Counted from the first letter of the stretch, positions 22,113 through 32,957 are shown. The stretch: DNA of 64,000 nucleotides from Pseudomonadota bacterium (GCA_021777765.1 JAJYDF010000001.1:13151-77150); one strand, 5' to 3'. Notes: generated from the sequence alone by a model not told the origin. Translations and numbers: made by a program.

Positions 22113-22607
22113 GTGATTTTTATGAGAATGTCTGTTCAGCAAAAAGCATTTTTGTTGATGCTTTTATTGATTTCTTTAGTGTTACCTTCTTTATCATCTG
22201 CTGCGATGAATGCTAACCAAGCAGGATTTAATCAAGTGCCATTAGTGTCTTTCAATATTGCAAACAAAGCAGTGGCCAATAAAAATTGGAAATTAGCCTA
22301 TGCTACAGCTCCAAATGCACAAGTCGTGTTTATGGATGTATGCCCCAAAACAAACCCTGCAAATGAAGTAGGCGTGGAAAAACACCCATTCGATCAAGTG
22401 ATTTATATTGCTCAAGGTGATGCTGAGGTGATATTAAATGGTCAACATATTAAAGCAGATGCTGGCGACATGATTTTTATACCTCAAGGAACAGTACATA
22501 ACGTAATTAATTTAAATCAACATAAACCATTAAAATTAATTAGTGTTTATTCCAGCAATGATATTCCAGCACATGCTGTTTATCCTACCAAAGCAAGCGC
22601 ATTTTAA
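22113..22607 (+). CDS. Secreted cupin-domain protein
   Basis: Signal peptide 'LLMLLLISLVLPSLSSAAM'; cupin motifs 'DQVIYIAQGDAEV' and 'DMIFIPQGTVHNV'. Confidence 0.55.
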   Translation: MIFMRMSVQQKAFLLMLLLISLVLPSLSSAAMNANQAGFNQVPLVSFNIANKAVANKNWKLAYATAPNAQVVFMDVCPKTNPANEVGVEKHPFDQVIYIAQGDAEVILNGQHIKADAGDMIFIPQGTVHNVINLNQHKPLKLISVYSSNDIPAHAVYPTKASAF

Positions 22608-22614
22608 ATAATAA

Positions 22615-22664
22615 GTGGCTCAAAATTACTTTGGATTGTGAATTCCATTAGTTTTTTGAGCCAC
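22615..22664 (+). terminator. Inverted repeat GTGGCTCAAAA ... TTTTGAGCCAC downstream of the cupin gene (28-nt loop)
   Basis: Arms 22615-22625 and 22654-22664 are perfect complements. The loop is long, so terminator function is uncertain. Confidence 0.3.
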
Positions 22665-22791
22665 AATATCTTTATTCTTTTGGCTATCTGAGCTTAGTGA
22701 ATTGAAACTCCTCATAACCGATAGATTATTTCAATTCAGGTTAGTTAGTACTGAGCAAGACAAGAGAGGTCATTTTTGTCCTGATAATCAA

Positions 22792-23064
22792 TTAGGATCT
22801 ATTTCTTGATCGATTAAACGTCATGTGTTTTTCACGAATTTGATCTGCAAGCTTCTCGGATTTATCTCGTAAAGTTTTTACACAGGCATAATTGCGTTCA
22901 GCAGTATTTTTCAATTCTGAGGTTACATTGGGATTAGATGCAAGAGCGGCTAAGGTCTTTTGCATAGAATGAGTGGCACTATGAATTTGATCGATAAATT
23001 CTAATGGGTGAGTTTGAGCTTTGTTATCTGGTAGTGATGTAAAAATTGTTGGTTTATAACTCAT
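22792..23064 (-). CDS. Hypothetical small protein (90 aa)
   Basis: Clean ORF upstream of recN; no motif. Confidence 0.3.
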   Translation of the reverse strand: MSYKPTIFTSLPDNKAQTHPLEFIDQIHSATHSMQKTLAALASNPNVTSELKNTAERNYACVKTLRDKSEKLADQIREKHMTFNRSRNRS

Positions 23065-23241
23065 AGTGGCATACCTTTGTTATGTAATTTGTCCTTGTTG
23101 GATTATTAGTATTGATTACTGAACGGGTGATTATATCGAATTGTTAAAAAAAGAAAATAGATCACTCTGTAAGTTGCTGATATTTTGTATGGAAGTTAAT
23201 TGATTTTTTAATTAACCTTGTAGGTCAAATAGGTGTTTGAC

Positions 23242-24912
23242 TTAAGCGCTTATTTCTAGCATCTCTTTTGCATGTGCCAAAGTTTGTTTCGTAATTTTCA
23301 TGCCGCCTAACATGCGTGCAATTTCTTGAATTTTAGCATCGCTAGTTAATAAATTAATTTCAGTGCGTGTATGATTTTTATCAGTGAATTTATTGACCTG
23401 TAAATGTTGATGACCTTGAGCAGCTACTTGGGGTAAATGCGTTACGCATAATACTTGTGCAGAATTTCCTAATTGACGTAATAATTGTCCTACGATTGCT
23501 GCGGTACCGCCGCCTATTCCTACATCGACTTCATCAAAAATAAGTGTGGGTGTGACATTGCTTTGAGTAGTGATAACTTGAATGGCTAAACTAATACGCG
23601 ATAATTCACCACCAGAAGCCACTTTAGCTAAGGGCTGCAATGGTTGACCCGGATTTGCGCTAACCATAAATTCAATGCGTTCTAAGCCATTGGGATTAAT
23701 AGGAGAATCTTTAATCGTTTCTAATTGAATCTCAAATTGACCCCCTGGCATGCCTAATTGCTGCATGCTTTCTTGAATATTTTTACTGAGTTTTTTGGCA
23801 ATTTTTTGACGGCTATGACTTAATTGCGTGGCAATTTCATAATAGTGTTTTTCAAGTGATTGTAATTGTTCTTGTAAAGCGGTTAAATTTTGATCGCTGT
23901 TTTCTAATTGTTGTAATTCGTTTTCGAATTGTTGCAATAAAGAGGGGATTTCTTCAGGTTTAATACGGTGTTTTCGCGCAATATTATGAATTTCTGCAAT
24001 ACGTTGCTCAATTTCTTGTAATCGTTGGGGATTAAGTTCAAGTCTATCGACATAATGATTTAATTCGGTGATTGATTCTTGTGTTTGTATAATGGCGGCA
24101 TCTAATAATTCACTACAAGAAGAAATTTTATGATCAATGTTTTTTAACGCAGCTAATGCATTCTGTGCTTGTTTTAATAATTGTATGGCATTACTTTCCT
24201 CTTGATCAGTTAACGAAGTTAAAGCAGCCTGGCAGTGATGAATTAATTGATCCATATTAGCTAATTGTTTATGTTCTTTATCGAGTTGTTCTAATTCTTT
24301 TTCAGATAAATTTAATTGCGATAATTCTTGCACTTGAAAACGTAAAAATTCACTGCGAGTAGCTTGATCGCGACTGCGTGATTGTAAATCGGTATAATTT
24401 TGTGAAAGAGTGCGCCATTGTTGATAAATTGTTTGTAATTGAGAAATTAATTGTTGATGGCCAGCAAAATCATCTAATAACTGTCTTTGTACGTCCCGTT
24501 TTAATAAAGAATGGTGTTCGTGTTGACCATGAATATCGACTAATAAATCGCCTAATTCTCTTACTAATTGGAGTGGTACAGGTTGACCATTAATATAACA
24601 TCGAGAGGGGCTATCACTATTTATAACGCGTCTTAATATGCATTCATTATCATTATCTAATTCATGTTCTGCTAACCAATTTTGAACATATTTTAATGCA
24701 GTGATATCAAATGTGGCTGAAATATCGCAACGCTGTGTGCCATGGCGTATTACTTTGTTATCTGCACGGCCACCCAGTGTTAATGATAATGCATCAATTA
24801 AAATCGATTTTCCTGCGCCGGTTTCTCCCGTTAGCACAGTCATGCCTTTGCTAAAATCGATTGCTATTTGATCAATAATGGTAAAATTTTGAATGTGGAT
24901 GTGATTTAACAT
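23242..24912 (-). CDS. recN: DNA repair protein RecN
   Basis: 'MLNHIHIQNFTIID', Walker A 'GETGAGKSILIDAL', long coiled-coil, C-terminal signature; 556 aa. Confidence 0.9.
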   Translation of the reverse strand: MLNHIHIQNFTIIDQIAIDFSKGMTVLTGETGAGKSILIDALSLTLGGRADNKVIRHGTQRCDISATFDITALKYVQNWLAEHELDNDNECILRRVINSDSPSRCYINGQPVPLQLVRELGDLLVDIHGQHEHHSLLKRDVQRQLLDDFAGHQQLISQLQTIYQQWRTLSQNYTDLQSRSRDQATRSEFLRFQVQELSQLNLSEKELEQLDKEHKQLANMDQLIHHCQAALTSLTDQEESNAIQLLKQAQNALAALKNIDHKISSCSELLDAAIIQTQESITELNHYVDRLELNPQRLQEIEQRIAEIHNIARKHRIKPEEIPSLLQQFENELQQLENSDQNLTALQEQLQSLEKHYYEIATQLSHSRQKIAKKLSKNIQESMQQLGMPGGQFEIQLETIKDSPINPNGLERIEFMVSANPGQPLQPLAKVASGGELSRISLAIQVITTQSNVTPTLIFDEVDVGIGGGTAAIVGQLLRQLGNSAQVLCVTHLPQVAAQGHQHLQVNKFTDKNHTRTEINLLTSDAKIQEIARMLGGMKITKQTLAHAKEMLEISA

Positions 24913-24928
24913 GTTAAGTTCTTTTCAA

Positions 24929-25810
24929 TTAAAAATTATGTTCCCAGTGTAATTTAGATCTTAATGTTTCAAAATAATTGTAATCGATTGGATGAATTAA
25001 GCGAAGCTGATTTGTTTTTTTATTAATATAAATATTACTACCTGGAACAATCGCAGTGCTTTCACGGCCATCACAACTTAATCGTGGTGCTATTTTGCTC
25101 TCGGAAGGGATGGCAATTTTAATAGTACTATTGCCATTGACTACCAATGGTCGGCTCGTCAAATTATGAGAAAACATCGGTACTAACACCACTGCATCTA
25201 ATTGAGGATGTAAGATCGGGCCACCACCTGAAAGCGCATAAGCGGTAGAACCTGTTGGTGTAGCAATAATCAAACCATCTGCGCGTTGTGGGCATACAAA
25301 TTGATCATTAATAAAAATTTCAAAACGGATTAAATGCGCAATTTCACCGGGCATGAGCACAATATCATTTAAAGCAAATTCTTGATGAGTAATCTGACCA
25401 TCTTGTTCTAATTCTGCATTCAGTAAGAATCGCGGATCTTCAATGTATTTACCTTCTAAGATGTTACCCAGTTTATGAATTAAGTCAGTAGGCGTTATGT
25501 CTGCCAAGAAACCTAATGTACCTTTATTGATCCCTAATATGGGTTTTTGATGATCAGCAACCAGTCTTGTTGCGCGTAAAATACTGCCATCACCACCGAC
25601 CACAATAATGAGGTCGCAGTGTGCACCTAAATCTTCTCCCGGAAAAATTGAAATGGAATCATCTGCTATTTCATTGGCGATAACATCTTCAACAAATAGT
25701 TGGCATTTTTTTGATAATAAATAGTGTTTGAGTGACAGTAATGTATCAATTATTTCACTGTTAGGATTTGGTTTAGACATTAAACCAATATTTTTAAAAT
25801 GTAACGGCAT
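24929..25810 (-). CDS. nadK: NAD kinase
   Basis: 'DLIIVVGGDGSILRA' GGDG motif, 'NDIV' and 'DGLIIATPTGSTAYALSGGGPI'. Likely start is MPLHF at 25810; the ORF track extends to 25882. Confidence 0.85.
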   Translation of the reverse strand: MPLHFKNIGLMSKPNPNSEIIDTLLSLKHYLLSKKCQLFVEDVIANEIADDSISIFPGEDLGAHCDLIIVVGGDGSILRATRLVADHQKPILGINKGTLGFLADITPTDLIHKLGNILEGKYIEDPRFLLNAELEQDGQITHQEFALNDIVLMPGEIAHLIRFEIFINDQFVCPQRADGLIIATPTGSTAYALSGGGPILHPQLDAVVLVPMFSHNLTSRPLVVNGNSTIKIAIPSESKIAPRLSCDGRESTAIVPGSNIYINKKTNQLRLIHPIDYNYFETLRSKLHWEHNF

Positions 25811-25929
25811 AATAGCTTCCTGGTCGCATTGGCGTATTGAAATCTGATTAAACAGATGAATGCAGTGTGTCATACAACACACTGCATTATTATGCAGAAG
25901 CTATCAAGCTATCACAATATGGTGTTTCG

Positions 25930-26265
25930 CTAATTACTTCTATAGCGATTGCGGGGTAATACAACCAAATCATTAATCACATTTTGTACGCCTTGCGTAG
26001 TGACAGCGATTTGTTGTGCTTCTTTAACTTGCGCGCGAGAGCTGACAAAGCCACTCATTTGTACTACACCATTCTGTGTTTCCACATGAATATTAGGCGC
26101 GGAAGTGATATCACTTTGTAATAATTTCGCTTTGATAGTGGTGGTAATAGCTGCATCATTTGCATATTGTGGTGGCGTGCTTTTGCCTTGAATAATTGCG
26201 CATCCTTGTATTGCTACAAAGAGAAAGCATATCACTGCCAAATTTAGAGTATTTTTCGCTAACAT
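25930..26265 (-). CDS. BON-domain lipoprotein (OsmY-like)
   Basis: Lipobox 'AIQGC'; BON-like 'VETQNGVVQMSGFVSSRAQVKEAQQIA'. Confidence 0.55.
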   Translation of the reverse strand: MLAKNTLNLAVICFLFVAIQGCAIIQGKSTPPQYANDAAITTTIKAKLLQSDITSAPNIHVETQNGVVQMSGFVSSRAQVKEAQQIAVTTQGVQNVINDLVVLPRNRYRSN

Positions 26266-26462
26266 ATTTATATCTCCTCTTTAGATGAATTGATGATTTC
26301 ATATTAATAACTATCCATTTAATAGCTTTGATTGAAATCAATATTTAAATTTTGATTTCGATCAAAGTTATCCCAGACTATTTTCAATACGATGATTATC
26401 CTTGTTGAAAAATTTAATATTGATATGGATAGTTGGACTGATTTTAGAAGGGGGACATAACT

Positions 26463-26720
26463 ATGGAAAAAATTAATTTAATAGATATCTATGAAAGATT
26501 ATTACCTCGTAATCGATGGTGGAACAATTGGCAAGAACTTAAAGATGAATTGCAATATCAATGGGATTTGTTAACAGGTGAAGATTTAGAAAAAATAAAA
26601 AATAAAAATGAAATTATTATAAATATTCTTCAGCAGCGTTATGGGTTTAATGATGAGCAGGCGAGAAAGGCGGTAAATAATTTTTTTAAATTTCAGCGTT
26701 GTAATATTCAATTAGAATGA
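26463..26720 (+). CDS. CsbD/YjbJ-family general stress protein
   Basis: 'WQELKDELQYQWDLLTGEDLEKIKNKNEIIINILQQRYGFNDEQARKAV' matches the CsbD pattern (W..LKG...W..LTDDDL..I.G....L...LQ.RYG). Confidence 0.5.
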   Translation: MEKINLIDIYERLLPRNRWWNNWQELKDELQYQWDLLTGEDLEKIKNKNEIIINILQQRYGFNDEQARKAVNNFFKFQRCNIQLE

Positions 26721-26773
26721 CGCAGTAGGAGGGAGTGAGCGCGAATAATTAAGCTCACTCCGTATTAATGATG

Positions 26774-27085
26774 TTATTCCTGCAGTTCCAATTCTTCTTT
26801 ATGCTTATGTTTGGCTTTACCACCTTTCGATCCCATCTTTCTAAACGCATCTGGATCATTTGCTTTTCGTGTTGCTGCTGCTTTTCTCGCGATATCTGAT
26901 TTGCTCATTACTGGCTTATTCTCAAGAAGTAATTTGTTATCGTTAGGGGCAAGCATATAGAGTTTAGGAATAGGATCAAAAGGGTGTGGGTTAGGATCCG
27001 GCATTGGTGAATGTATATGCGATGAATCTATGTGAAATAAATTAAAATCTTCATCTTCATAATCCGAGCGAATAGGATTTTTCAT
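26774..27085 (-). CDS. KGG-repeat/YciG-like stress-induced protein
   Basis: C-terminal 'SKSDIARKAAATRKANDPDAFRKMGSKGGKAKHKHK' resembles the KGG stress-protein motif. Confidence 0.45.
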   Translation of the reverse strand: MKNPIRSDYEDEDFNLFHIDSSHIHSPMPDPNPHPFDPIPKLYMLAPNDNKLLLENKPVMSKSDIARKAAATRKANDPDAFRKMGSKGGKAKHKHKEELELQE

Positions 27086-27222
27086 GATATTTCCCCCTCA
27101 TTTTGCAATTGTTACAATGATTGGCTTTAGTCTAAATAAGAGTAGTTAGCTATTCTTTGATAAGAGTCAATGTGATGTCTTTCTAATGAACGTGAGAAAG
27201 ACATCACATGGTGAGAGAAAAT

Positions 27223-27954
27223 TTATAAAGTGGGTTGACCAAGATGTTTAGTGTCATTACCTAATGCTAATAAACGTTTGGCATCAATAATAGTTATATG
27301 ACGGTTTTTAATTTGTATTATTTTATTTTCTTCAAAATAATGTAAAACACGGCTAACTGTTTCATAAGCCATGCCTATCATATAACTCATATCAACCTGC
27401 GACATCGGTAATTGAAAATTATCTTTTTTGCCATCACGTTCTTCTAATCTAAATAACATATTTACCAAAAAATCTGCAACGCGTTGTTTTGCATTGGTTG
27501 TTGGTCGTATGTGTTTATCATTGATCATTTTGTAACTATTAATTTCTATCATACGCCTCATTAATGCGGGAAATGTCTGCATTTCTGCAAAAAGGGCTAC
27601 GATTGGAATCATACAGAATGTAGCATCAGTTAATGCTACAGCAGAAAAGCTATATTTTTTTTGTGCTAATGCTTCTAGTGCAAGCATATCGCCTGGAAAA
27701 TAAAAGTTATTAATATATTCTTGCCCATTTTCGTCGACATAATAATCTTTAGCTGTTCCGGTATGTAATGCATAAAGATAATCGACTTTATCGTTGCTAC
27801 GGTAGATATGTTCGCCTTTAGACACAATGCTGACTTTTTGAATCATGTTATCTAAACGTTCTTTTTCTTCCGTAGTGAATTGTCGCGAGATGCATAAATG
27901 GGAGAATTGGCAATTTTTACAACTAATTCCTGAGAGTTTTCGATCCTTAATCAT
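27223..27954 (-). CDS. Crp/Fnr-family transcriptional regulator (FNR-type N-terminal Cys cluster)
   Basis: 'CKNCQFSHLC' N-terminal cysteines; cNMP-binding-like fold; C-terminal HTH 'MSYMIGMAYETVSRVLHYFEENKII'. Confidence 0.7.
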   Translation of the reverse strand: MIKDRKLSGISCKNCQFSHLCISRQFTTEEKERLDNMIQKVSIVSKGEHIYRSNDKVDYLYALHTGTAKDYYVDENGQEYINNFYFPGDMLALEALAQKKYSFSAVALTDATFCMIPIVALFAEMQTFPALMRRMIEINSYKMINDKHIRPTTNAKQRVADFLVNMLFRLEERDGKKDNFQLPMSQVDMSYMIGMAYETVSRVLHYFEENKIIQIKNRHITIIDAKRLLALGNDTKHLGQPTL

Positions 27955-28087
27955 ATTATACCTCCATTGATTGTTGTCAAAGCAAAGAGTGCTGTCATTC
28001 TTTAATGTTGAGGTAAGTCGTCGTTTTGAATTTCTTGAACCTACTATGATTGCTATTCACAGTAAAAAACATTTAAGGAGAGTTATT

Positions 28088-28468
28088 ATGTATACAGATA
28101 AGTTAGATAGTAGCTGGGATGAGCTAAAAGGTAAAGTAAAAAAACAATGGTACAAATTAACTGATGATGATATCAATGAGATAGAAGGAGATGTGAATAA
28201 ATTAGTTGCGCATGTAGCCTCAGCTTATGGGAAAAATAAAGATGAAATTGAAAAAGAAGTTAAACAATTTCTGTCTGATAATCAAGTCGGTGAAAAAGTT
28301 AAACAAATTAAGGAGGAAATAGTTAATAATGCGGAAAAAATTAAAGAAAACGTGCAGCAATATTCGTCTCAGGTTGCTGAATTCGTTAAAGAAAGCCCCT
28401 TTAAATCAGCTCTGATTTTAGGAGCTGTTGGCTTAATTGCCGGTTATTTATTACATAACAGGTCATAA
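28088..28468 (+). CDS. CsbD/YjbJ-family stress protein with a C-terminal transmembrane anchor
   Basis: 'WDELKGKVKKQWYKLTDDDINEIEGDVNKLVAHVASAYG' is close to E. coli YjbJ. Start is ATG 28088 with SD 'AAGGAG' at 28074. C-terminal 'ALILGAVGLIAGYLL'. Confidence 0.6.
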   Translation: MYTDKLDSSWDELKGKVKKQWYKLTDDDINEIEGDVNKLVAHVASAYGKNKDEIEKEVKQFLSDNQVGEKVKQIKEEIVNNAEKIKENVQQYSSQVAEFVKESPFKSALILGAVGLIAGYLLHNRS

Positions 28469-28522
28469 GATCAATAAAGATTTAAAAGGCGCTTTAATTT
28501 TAATAATTCTCAATAATAAATA

Positions 28523-29830
28523 ATGGACTGCTGCATTATGTTAATGACATATAAAGACCTTTATGTTGTTTCTTTCAAAAAATTATTTGAACATTTAAGA
28601 AGAGTGCAACAATCTCACTACATTGCGTATATCACTAATACGCAATGTAGACAGAAATTAGTATTATTTATTATTTTTTTAATGACCATGAGTCAATTAG
28701 CAATAACCATTTATTTGCCATCAATGCCTGCGTTAGTAAAATCTTTTCATACGGGACATGCTGCAATTCAATTATCATTAACTGTTTTTTTAATTGCATA
28801 TGGTTTTTCGCAATTTATTTACGGGCCATTGTCAGATATTTATGGGCGAAGGGTAATCATATTAATTGGTTTGATGATTTTTTTAATTGGGACATTAGGT
28901 TGTATTTTTGCAAATAATACAACTATATTTTTAATTTCAAGAATAATACAAGGTCTAGGTATAGGTTGTGGTGATACAATGGGCCGAGCCATTTTATGTG
29001 ATAGATTTGATAATAAAGCTTTTATTAAAGCGGCAGCGACAATTGGTATGGCAGCAACTATTACCCCTTTTGTGGGACCTTTAGTCGGTGGCTATTTAGA
29101 AGTTTATTTTAATTGGCATTTTAGTTTTATTATTATGTTGTTATATGCCCTCATTATTTTAATTTCAATTTTTTATTATTTTCCTGAGTCAAAACCTCTC
29201 GATCAATTTGTCGAAGTTGACTTTAAAAATATTATCCATTCTTATCAATTTATATTCAGAAATCGCGTTTTTCTCGGTTTTTTTGTGCCAGGATTAGTCT
29301 GTTTTGTAGGTGAAATGTTATATAACATCGTAAGCCCTTTTTTAATTGTGCAACAATTACATTTAAGCGCGATCACATTTGGTTGGTTAACATTATTTAC
29401 AATTGTTGGTTTATTCATCGGCACACTCATTACACGATTTACTTCCCATTATTTTAAGCATGATGCGATGGTATTTTATGGAATGTGTATATTAATTATT
29501 GCAGGATTTGTGATGATCGTGCCAAGCCTATTTCATTATTTATCAATATATACCATTGTTTTACCGATGATGTTATTTATGGTGGGCGTTGGCATCATTT
29601 ATCCCAACACCAATATGGGCGCATTAACACCATTTACTGCAAATGCCGGAGTTGCAGGTGCTTTACAAGGTGGATTACAAATGCTCATTGGCGGTGTAAT
29701 TACATCACATATGAGCACCCTCAGCGTTAAATCCGCATTACCTCTTGGGTGTTTTTTATTTTTAATCTCTTTGGTTGGGATGATGATATTTTATTGTTTT
29801 ATCATTAAGAATAAAGTCCAAACTGACTAA
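28523..29830 (+). CDS. MFS transporter, Bcr/CflA-type multidrug efflux family (start uncertain)
   Basis: 12 predicted TM segments; 'YLPSMPALVKSF' and 'GPLSDIYGRRVII' MFS motifs. The true start may be downstream of 28523. Confidence 0.65.
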   Translation: MDCCIMLMTYKDLYVVSFKKLFEHLRRVQQSHYIAYITNTQCRQKLVLFIIFLMTMSQLAITIYLPSMPALVKSFHTGHAAIQLSLTVFLIAYGFSQFIYGPLSDIYGRRVIILIGLMIFLIGTLGCIFANNTTIFLISRIIQGLGIGCGDTMGRAILCDRFDNKAFIKAAATIGMAATITPFVGPLVGGYLEVYFNWHFSFIIMLLYALIILISIFYYFPESKPLDQFVEVDFKNIIHSYQFIFRNRVFLGFFVPGLVCFVGEMLYNIVSPFLIVQQLHLSAITFGWLTLFTIVGLFIGTLITRFTSHYFKHDAMVFYGMCILIIAGFVMIVPSLFHYLSIYTIVLPMMLFMVGVGIIYPNTNMGALTPFTANAGVAGALQGGLQMLIGGVITSHMSTLSVKSALPLGCFLFLISLVGMMIFYCFIIKNKVQTD

Positions 29831-30323
29831 TCAGATCAATAACTTCTTAATGTTGACTTAAAATAAATTGATGACATCATTATTTGTTAATTAATTTGAA
29901 TGCAAAAAACAAAGATATTTTACAATTTGATTGATGATAGATCGAAATTATTTTGACTTAATGTGACAATCATCAAAATAAAGATGAGGTGTTCTATTTT
30001 AAATTATGAGACCTAAAGCAGCTCCCAAGAAAAGTAAATTATGATATAATGAAAAATTATTCGAACATAGATAATAGGCGTATCAATGAGTATTGAATCA
30101 ATTTTATTAAAACATTTAGCAAGATCAGCAATTTTTATTAATAGCCACCCGGTGAAATTTAGAAACTGGAATAATTCAAAAGAACGTGAAGAAGGATATA
30201 GCAATAGTAGTTTTTTTGAGACCATAAAAAAGGGCGCTATTGTGGGTGTGTTATCACCGAATATAAAGGTATCCGCAAAAACACCTTATTTTCAATATAA
30301 GATAAAGGAAAAAATGTCTGCAG

Positions 30324-31447
30324 CTGCAGCGGTTAAAGATTTAATTAAAATGAGTGCAACCATTTTTAACCGCAGGCACTGGAATTACATTAACTGTTTC
30401 AATCCTCACTCATTAATTAAAATGAGTGCAACAATACAGATTGCAGTCATATTTGCGCTTCATGTGGAGTTTCAATCCTCACTCATTAATTAAAATGAGT
30501 GCAACATTTTGTGCAGTCTTTACAGCTACGTTTGAAACTGTTTCAATCCTCACTCATTAATTAAAATGAGTGCAACCTTTACAGCCATCAGCTACAATGT
30601 TGGAACTGTCTTGTTTCAATCCTCACTCATTAATTAAAATGAGTGCAACTTCTGTAAGAGAACTGCTCCGCCATAAAGACATTAGTTTCAATCCTCACTC
30701 ATTAATTAAAATGAGTGCAACCTTCATCTACGGCCATCACTGAAATAACTCTTGGTACGTTTCAATCCTCACTCATTAATTAAAATGAGTGCAACGACAC
30801 TTCCCCTTATACACTACTACTACACTGTTACTAGTTTCAATCCTCACTCATTAATTAAAATGAGTGCAACCAGATTAAGATCATTTTTGCAAGAACAATT
30901 AATGGAGTTTCAATCCTCACTCATTAATTAAAATGAGTGCAACAATCAATTGTATCCTATTAAAACGGGTACGGATATGTTTCAATCCTCACTCATTAAT
31001 TAAAATGAGTGCAACATGCTAATGTAACAAGTACATTTTCAACGTCAGTTGTTTCAATCCTCACTCATTAATTAAAATGAGTGCAACCAAACAACGTAAT
31101 TTGCTGGTAAATCACCACCAGTGTTTCAATCCTCACTCATTAATTAAAATGAGTGCAACAACTGATGTACCATACCAATTTGCTTTTTCAGGAACGTTTC
31201 AATCCTCACTCATTAATTAAAATGAGTGCAACTTAAACGATGAAAAATTGTGTTATACATTATTAATGTTTCAATCCTCACTCATTAATTAAAATGAGTG
31301 CAACCCTTTACATCACTTGCTAAAGTTTTACTATGAGAGTTTCAATCCTCACTCATTAATTAAAATGAGTGCAACCGCAAAAAACGCTTTAAAAGCTAAA
31401 TTGGTTAACGGTTTCAATCCTCACTCATTAATTAAAATGAGTGCAAC
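30324..31447 (-). CRISPR. Type I-C CRISPR array: 15 intact 37-bp repeats plus 1 degenerate terminal repeat (30324-30360), 15 spacers of 34-38 bp. Repeat in transcript orientation is GTTGCACTCATTTTAATTAATGAGTGAGGATTGAAAC.
   Basis: Repeats mapped by hand at 30396, 30469, 30540, 30613, 30685, 30759, 30834, 30907, 30979, 31051, 31123, 31196, 31268, 31339 and 31411. Leader-proximal end is at 31447, next to cas2. The degenerate repeat at the distal end keeps only the last ~21 nt. Confidence 0.95.
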
Positions 31448-31629
31448 CCCTGCGGTTATTTTGACTTATAATTAATAGGAAAAAATATATCAATTTCGCG
31501 AACCTTAACATTTTTAAGCTGGGTATATCATGTATTATTAAGCTCATTATTATTTTTGCCTATTTTTATGGGGTTTTGTTATGGCGCGAACCTGCCGTGA
31601 TTTTGTCTTTGCTTTATGTTCGCGCTTCA
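31448..31629 (-). promoter_or_regulatory. CRISPR leader (AT-rich, 182 bp between cas2 and the first repeat)
   Basis: Position between the cas2 stop and the newest repeat; AT-rich, with no ORF. Confidence 0.7.
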
Positions 31630-31920
31630 TTATATTACAAGTGGTTTATTAAAATCAGTTGATCTAAAGTTGCCGAATTCTTTTACGCTGCAATCAACCG
31701 CGTCTGATACTCGATAAATTCGTAAATTATCTTCCGCTTCGTTAATCTCATTTAATAATTTATTTTCTAATTCTTCATATTGCATTAAATTTACTTGGCA
31801 TTCAAATACTGATTTCTGAACGCGTTGTCCAACACTTTCGCAAATTTTTGCGACATGACGTAATCTTGTGCGCCCAGCTTTTGTTTCAGTTGAAACATCA
31901 TATGTTACTATTATTAACAT
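31630..31920 (-). CDS. cas2: Cas2 endoribonuclease/adaptation protein
   Basis: 96 aa, '[12 protein letters not shown]...[25 protein letters not shown]'. Last gene of the cas operon. Confidence 0.9.
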   Translation of the reverse strand: MLIIVTYDVSTETKAGRTRLRHVAKICESVGQRVQKSVFECQVNLMQYEELENKLLNEINEAEDNLRIYRVSDAVDCSVKEFGNFRSTDFNKPLVI

Positions 31921-31922
31921 AA

Positions 31923-32957
31923 TTATCTCGTTAAAAAAGGCAAATAACCTTCCATATCGCCGCGTAATGTACGCGCAATTAATCTAGCTTGTAACATAGG
32001 TACAAGGCCAAGACACATTTTGCTTTCAGTTAAAGGATGTGTAATCTCTTCTTGTTTTCGTTCTTGATAGGCAATGACAACTTTTTTACTACTACCATCA
32101 GCTAAATAAACCGCACCACCTTCATATTCTTTAAAATCTTTAATTCCAATTTGTTTACGATTAATTAATGTCAATGCAAGTCTATCAGCTAATGGGGCGC
32201 GAAATTCTTCTAATAAATCTAGTGACATCGCTGAACGTCCAGGGCGCACAGAATGTAAATAACCAAGTTGTGAATCTAGGCCAACACTTTCAATGGCTGT
32301 TCGACAATCGTTCATCACTAACGCATATAAAAACGATAAGAGGGCATTAAATCGATCGCGTGGTGGTCTTCGGGTTCTGCCATCCATAGTAAAATGCTCT
32401 CGTAAATCAACGGTGACTAATAAAGGTAAACAAGAAAAATACATTTTAGCGGCATCACCTTCGATACCACGTAAAACATCTAAATCAGAAGCTTTAGGTA
32501 AACTCACTATGGAGCTTGCTAAATAATTGACACCCTTCGTGATTAAATCTTTATCCCGCTGATTGTCTGATTCGCGAGCACCACGCATTAAAACTTGACG
32601 TGAATTTTTTAATTTTCCTGCAATAATTGCTCTTGCTATATTAAGTGTAAATATTGGATCGGAAGCATTTTGAAATTGTGCAAGTCGCAATAAAATATTT
32701 CCGTTAACAGGGCCTTCTAATCGCGCTTTAAAATGTCCATGTCTATCAAGTAAAACAAGGCTAATACCATCGCTTGCACATCGTTGCATTAATGCAGGTG
32801 ATATCATTACATCTCCAAAGCAAACAATAGAACTTATATGATGTAATGGCACTTGCATTTTCTTTTCGTGATTGATCATCACTGCTGCTGTATCATTTTC
32901 TAAATGAAGATAAGCATTGGGCGTTGTAATATATAATGTATTTAATATTTGTTGCAT
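31923..32957 (-). CDS. cas1: Cas1 integrase (type I-C)
   Basis: 344 aa; '[10 protein letters not shown]', '[11 protein letters not shown]', C-terminal acidic metal-binding region. Confidence 0.9.
   Translation of the reverse strand: MQQILNTLYITTPNAYLHLENDTAAVMINHEKKMQVPLHHISSIVCFGDVMISPALMQRCASDGISLVLLDRHGHFKARLEGPVNGNILLRLAQFQNASDPIFTLNIARAIIAGKLKNSRQVLMRGARESDNQRDKDLITKGVNYLASSIVSLPKASDLDVLRGIEGDAAKMYFSCLPLLVTVDLREHFTMDGRTRRPPRDRFNALLSFLYALVMNDCRTAIESVGLDSQLGYLHSVRPGRSAMSLDLLEEFRAPLADRLALTLINRKQIGIKDFKEYEGGAVYLADGSSKKVVIAYQERKQEEITHPLTESKMCLGLVPMLQARLIARTLRGDMEGYLPFLTR

Noticed and set aside
24929..25882. Full 317-aa ORF for nadK starting at MCCMTHC...
   Set aside because: The first 24 residues are not conserved in NAD kinases. 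MPLHFKNIGL at 25810 matches the family N-terminus.
30013..30493. ORF-track entries 30086..30493 (+) and 30013..30225 (-), next to or overlapping the CRISPR array
   Set aside because: The + ORF reads through CRISPR repeats, which produce the repeated 'NPHSLIKMSAT' peptide, so it is an array-translation artefact. The upstream 30086-30323 portion has no RBS or homology.
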